Assembly (NCBI GenBank): GCA_040905465.1
Contig: JBBDRK010000073.1
Span: 1-17,613 of the forward strand
Direction: 5' to 3'
From: Trueperaceae bacterium
Lineage (GTDB): Bacteria; Deinococcota; Deinococci; Deinococcales; Trueperaceae
DNA length: 17,613 bases
The position numbers were made by a program, and so were the translations under genes. This document shows, one piece after another, positions 15,720 to 17,613 of this stretch; position 1 is the first letter of the stretch; the number at the start of each line of letters is the position of its first letter. The notes under the pieces are model-generated. The model was not told the origin of the DNA, ran no database searches, and worked only from the letters and a program-made list of their open reading frames with translations.

Positions 15720-17549
15720 ATGTTCATGCACCACAATAAACCGGCCGCACGATTGCGGCGCGCGACTATACTCGGACACGGGCAGGCGTCACGATTCCAC
15801 GACCCGGCGAGGGAGCTGGTGGATCAGAACAGGTACTTCCTGGAGGCGGCTCGAGCCGCCTGGCAGCGGTTGTCGGCCGAGGAGCGGGCAGAAGCGGAGG
15901 CCGGCCTGGACGCGGCGGTGGACGGCCTGCTCGGCACGGACGAGCTTGCGCCTGTCGTGCTCCGGCGCCTCCTGGTCCGCGCACCGGACATGCGAGCGCG
16001 GCTGGCCAGCTGCCGGCCCGCCGAGCGGAGCCGCCTCGATGAGCTGATCGAACGGCTGATGGGCGCCTTGCGTGGCGACGGCGCCAAGGCGGACGCCGCC
16101 GCGGGCGGGCATGCGGCCGCCCTCTACGCCCAGCACCTGCTCGCCCAGGCGCTACCGCTGTCCCTCGATGTCGACTCCGGCCGGCAGTTGCTGCGGCTGC
16201 TCGAGCGCGTCGCCCGCCACCAGGAACTGGCCCCAGTCGCTCGCCGGCGGGCCGGCGAGCAGCTGGCCGACGAGCTGGTGCGCGCCGCGGGTGCGGAACT
16301 GATCGACAAGGCTCGAGAGATCCTGGGCGAGCAGAGCCGGATCCCGGCGGCCGCCGAGTGGACTCTGCTGCCCGCGCGCCTGCTGCTGAGCGTAGACCGG
16401 ACCAGCATCAGTTGTGCCCGCTACCTGGCGGGGCTGCAGAAGGTCGAGCGCGACAGCTACGGCTTCGACGAGTTGCGCTCGGGTCCAGCCGGCCGTGCCA
16501 AGCGCGTCGACCAGGTGACGGTCAAGTTCGATCGACCCGACGGTCTGTCGGCACCGCCGGGTCTTGGCCGGGAGGCCGCCGGGGAAGCCGCCCTCGCGGT
16601 GCCGGGCAGCGAACTCAAGGCCAAGTCTTTCGTCGCGCTCCTTTCGCTGGCTGCCGCGGCGGCCGCCGACGGCCGGAGCGACGGCCGTCAGAGCGTGCGC
16701 CTGCGCGACCTGCTGGCGATGCTCGGCTTCTCACTCGGACGCGGCACCAACAGCGGCTACTACTGGCGTTACTACGCCGAGCTCGTGCGCTGTCTGCTGT
16801 TCGATCTGCCGAACCGGGTGGTCGCCATGCAGGTTAGCTTCGCCGGCGCCGCCGAGCCGCTGGTGGTGTTCGAGCGCCTGTTGGTCCGCGCGCTGCCGCT
16901 GGACGACCAGGGTGTGCCTCTCGCCGCTGGCCCGCTCCGATCCCTGTTGCTCGCGCTGAACGGCGAGCCGGAGGACATGGCGGCCGCCGTTCGAGAGGCC
17001 GGCGTCTTCGGGGTAGAGTTCGCTTTCAGCCCCGAGCTTCTCGCCGCGCTGGGCCTGACCAAGCCGATGAACGCACTAGAACACGTCCCGTTCGAGCTGC
17101 TGTCGCTCAAAGGACCGGCGTTCTAGCTCGCCTGGCAGGTCTCTTTCCTGCGCCGCTGGGCCAGGCCACCGCTTGGCGCCGCCCACGGAAAGCCGCTGCT
17201 GCGCGTGCTCGACGAAGCCGGTTACCTTGCCCGCCATACTCGCGGAAACAAGGTTCGTTATCGGGACGCCGTGGGTGCGTGGTGGCGAGACGTCGGCTCG
17301 CTGGTGGCCATTGGCCTGCTCGACGAGCCCGGCGTTCGCCTTTACGCCTTGCGAGGTAACGTCTGGCGCGACCTTTCCACGGCCGTGAGCCGCTCGCTCG
17401 ATCCCGGCGGTCGCCGCCTCGGCAGGCAGTTGCTGCAGCAGATCAGGGTCATATTCTCAGTCCCCGCCGAGCGGGTGAGCCAGCTCGAGGGCGTCCGCAG
17501 GCGCGGAAGCAAGCTGCGAGCAGCGGCTGCGGCAAGACGGCCCGGCTGA
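15720..17549 (+). pseudogene. Large hypothetical protein (~600 aa) with in-frame TAG at 17124-17126; possibly DNA-binding/replication-initiator-like
   Basis: ORFs 15657-17126 and 17205-17549 share a frame and read through as LKGPAF*LAWQVSFLRRW...LLRVLDEAGYL; GC-rich third codon positions; start uncertain (15720 or GTG 15819). Confidence 0.6.
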
Positions 17550-17613
17550 CAACGCTTTCAACTGATATAGATCGATTTTTGTCAAGTGGGCATGAAAGGG
17601 CTGTGACCTTGTG

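Noticed and set aside
12381-17126. Genome-wide TAG reassignment suggested by two in-frame amber codons
   Set aside because: The SDR, dctP, SIS, APC permease and uxuA remnant all end at TAG at their expected C-termini; no pyl genes or suppressor tRNA in the window; other lesions point to decay or sequence error.

Overview
GC-rich bacterial window. The protein style (acidic secreted proteins, tandem DinB genes, SurA-N-only chaperone) suggests Deinococcota/Trueperaceae; this is inference only. Left end: a degenerate tRNA(CAT)-like 3' fragment whose last 15 bp are duplicated by a complete IS481 element (56-1383). A decayed patch follows (doubly frameshifted GNAT, 3' remnant of mannonate dehydratase uxuA), then an acetamidase/formamidase gene. 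Centre: a divergent ROK-regulated sugar locus, nagA-like + mannonate oxidoreductase-like SDR on the - strand and ROK, nagB-like, TRAP dctP-dctM-dctQ and SIS on the + strand, with a visible promoter and palindromic operator and no kinase. My main hypothesis is that it encodes a phosphorylation-free catabolic route for an N-acetyl-hexosaminuronate via fructuronate and mannonate. Right part: SurA-N protein, aldo/keto reductase split by an in-frame TAG, APC permease, two DinB genes, and a ~600-codon unknown ORF also split by an in-frame TAG.
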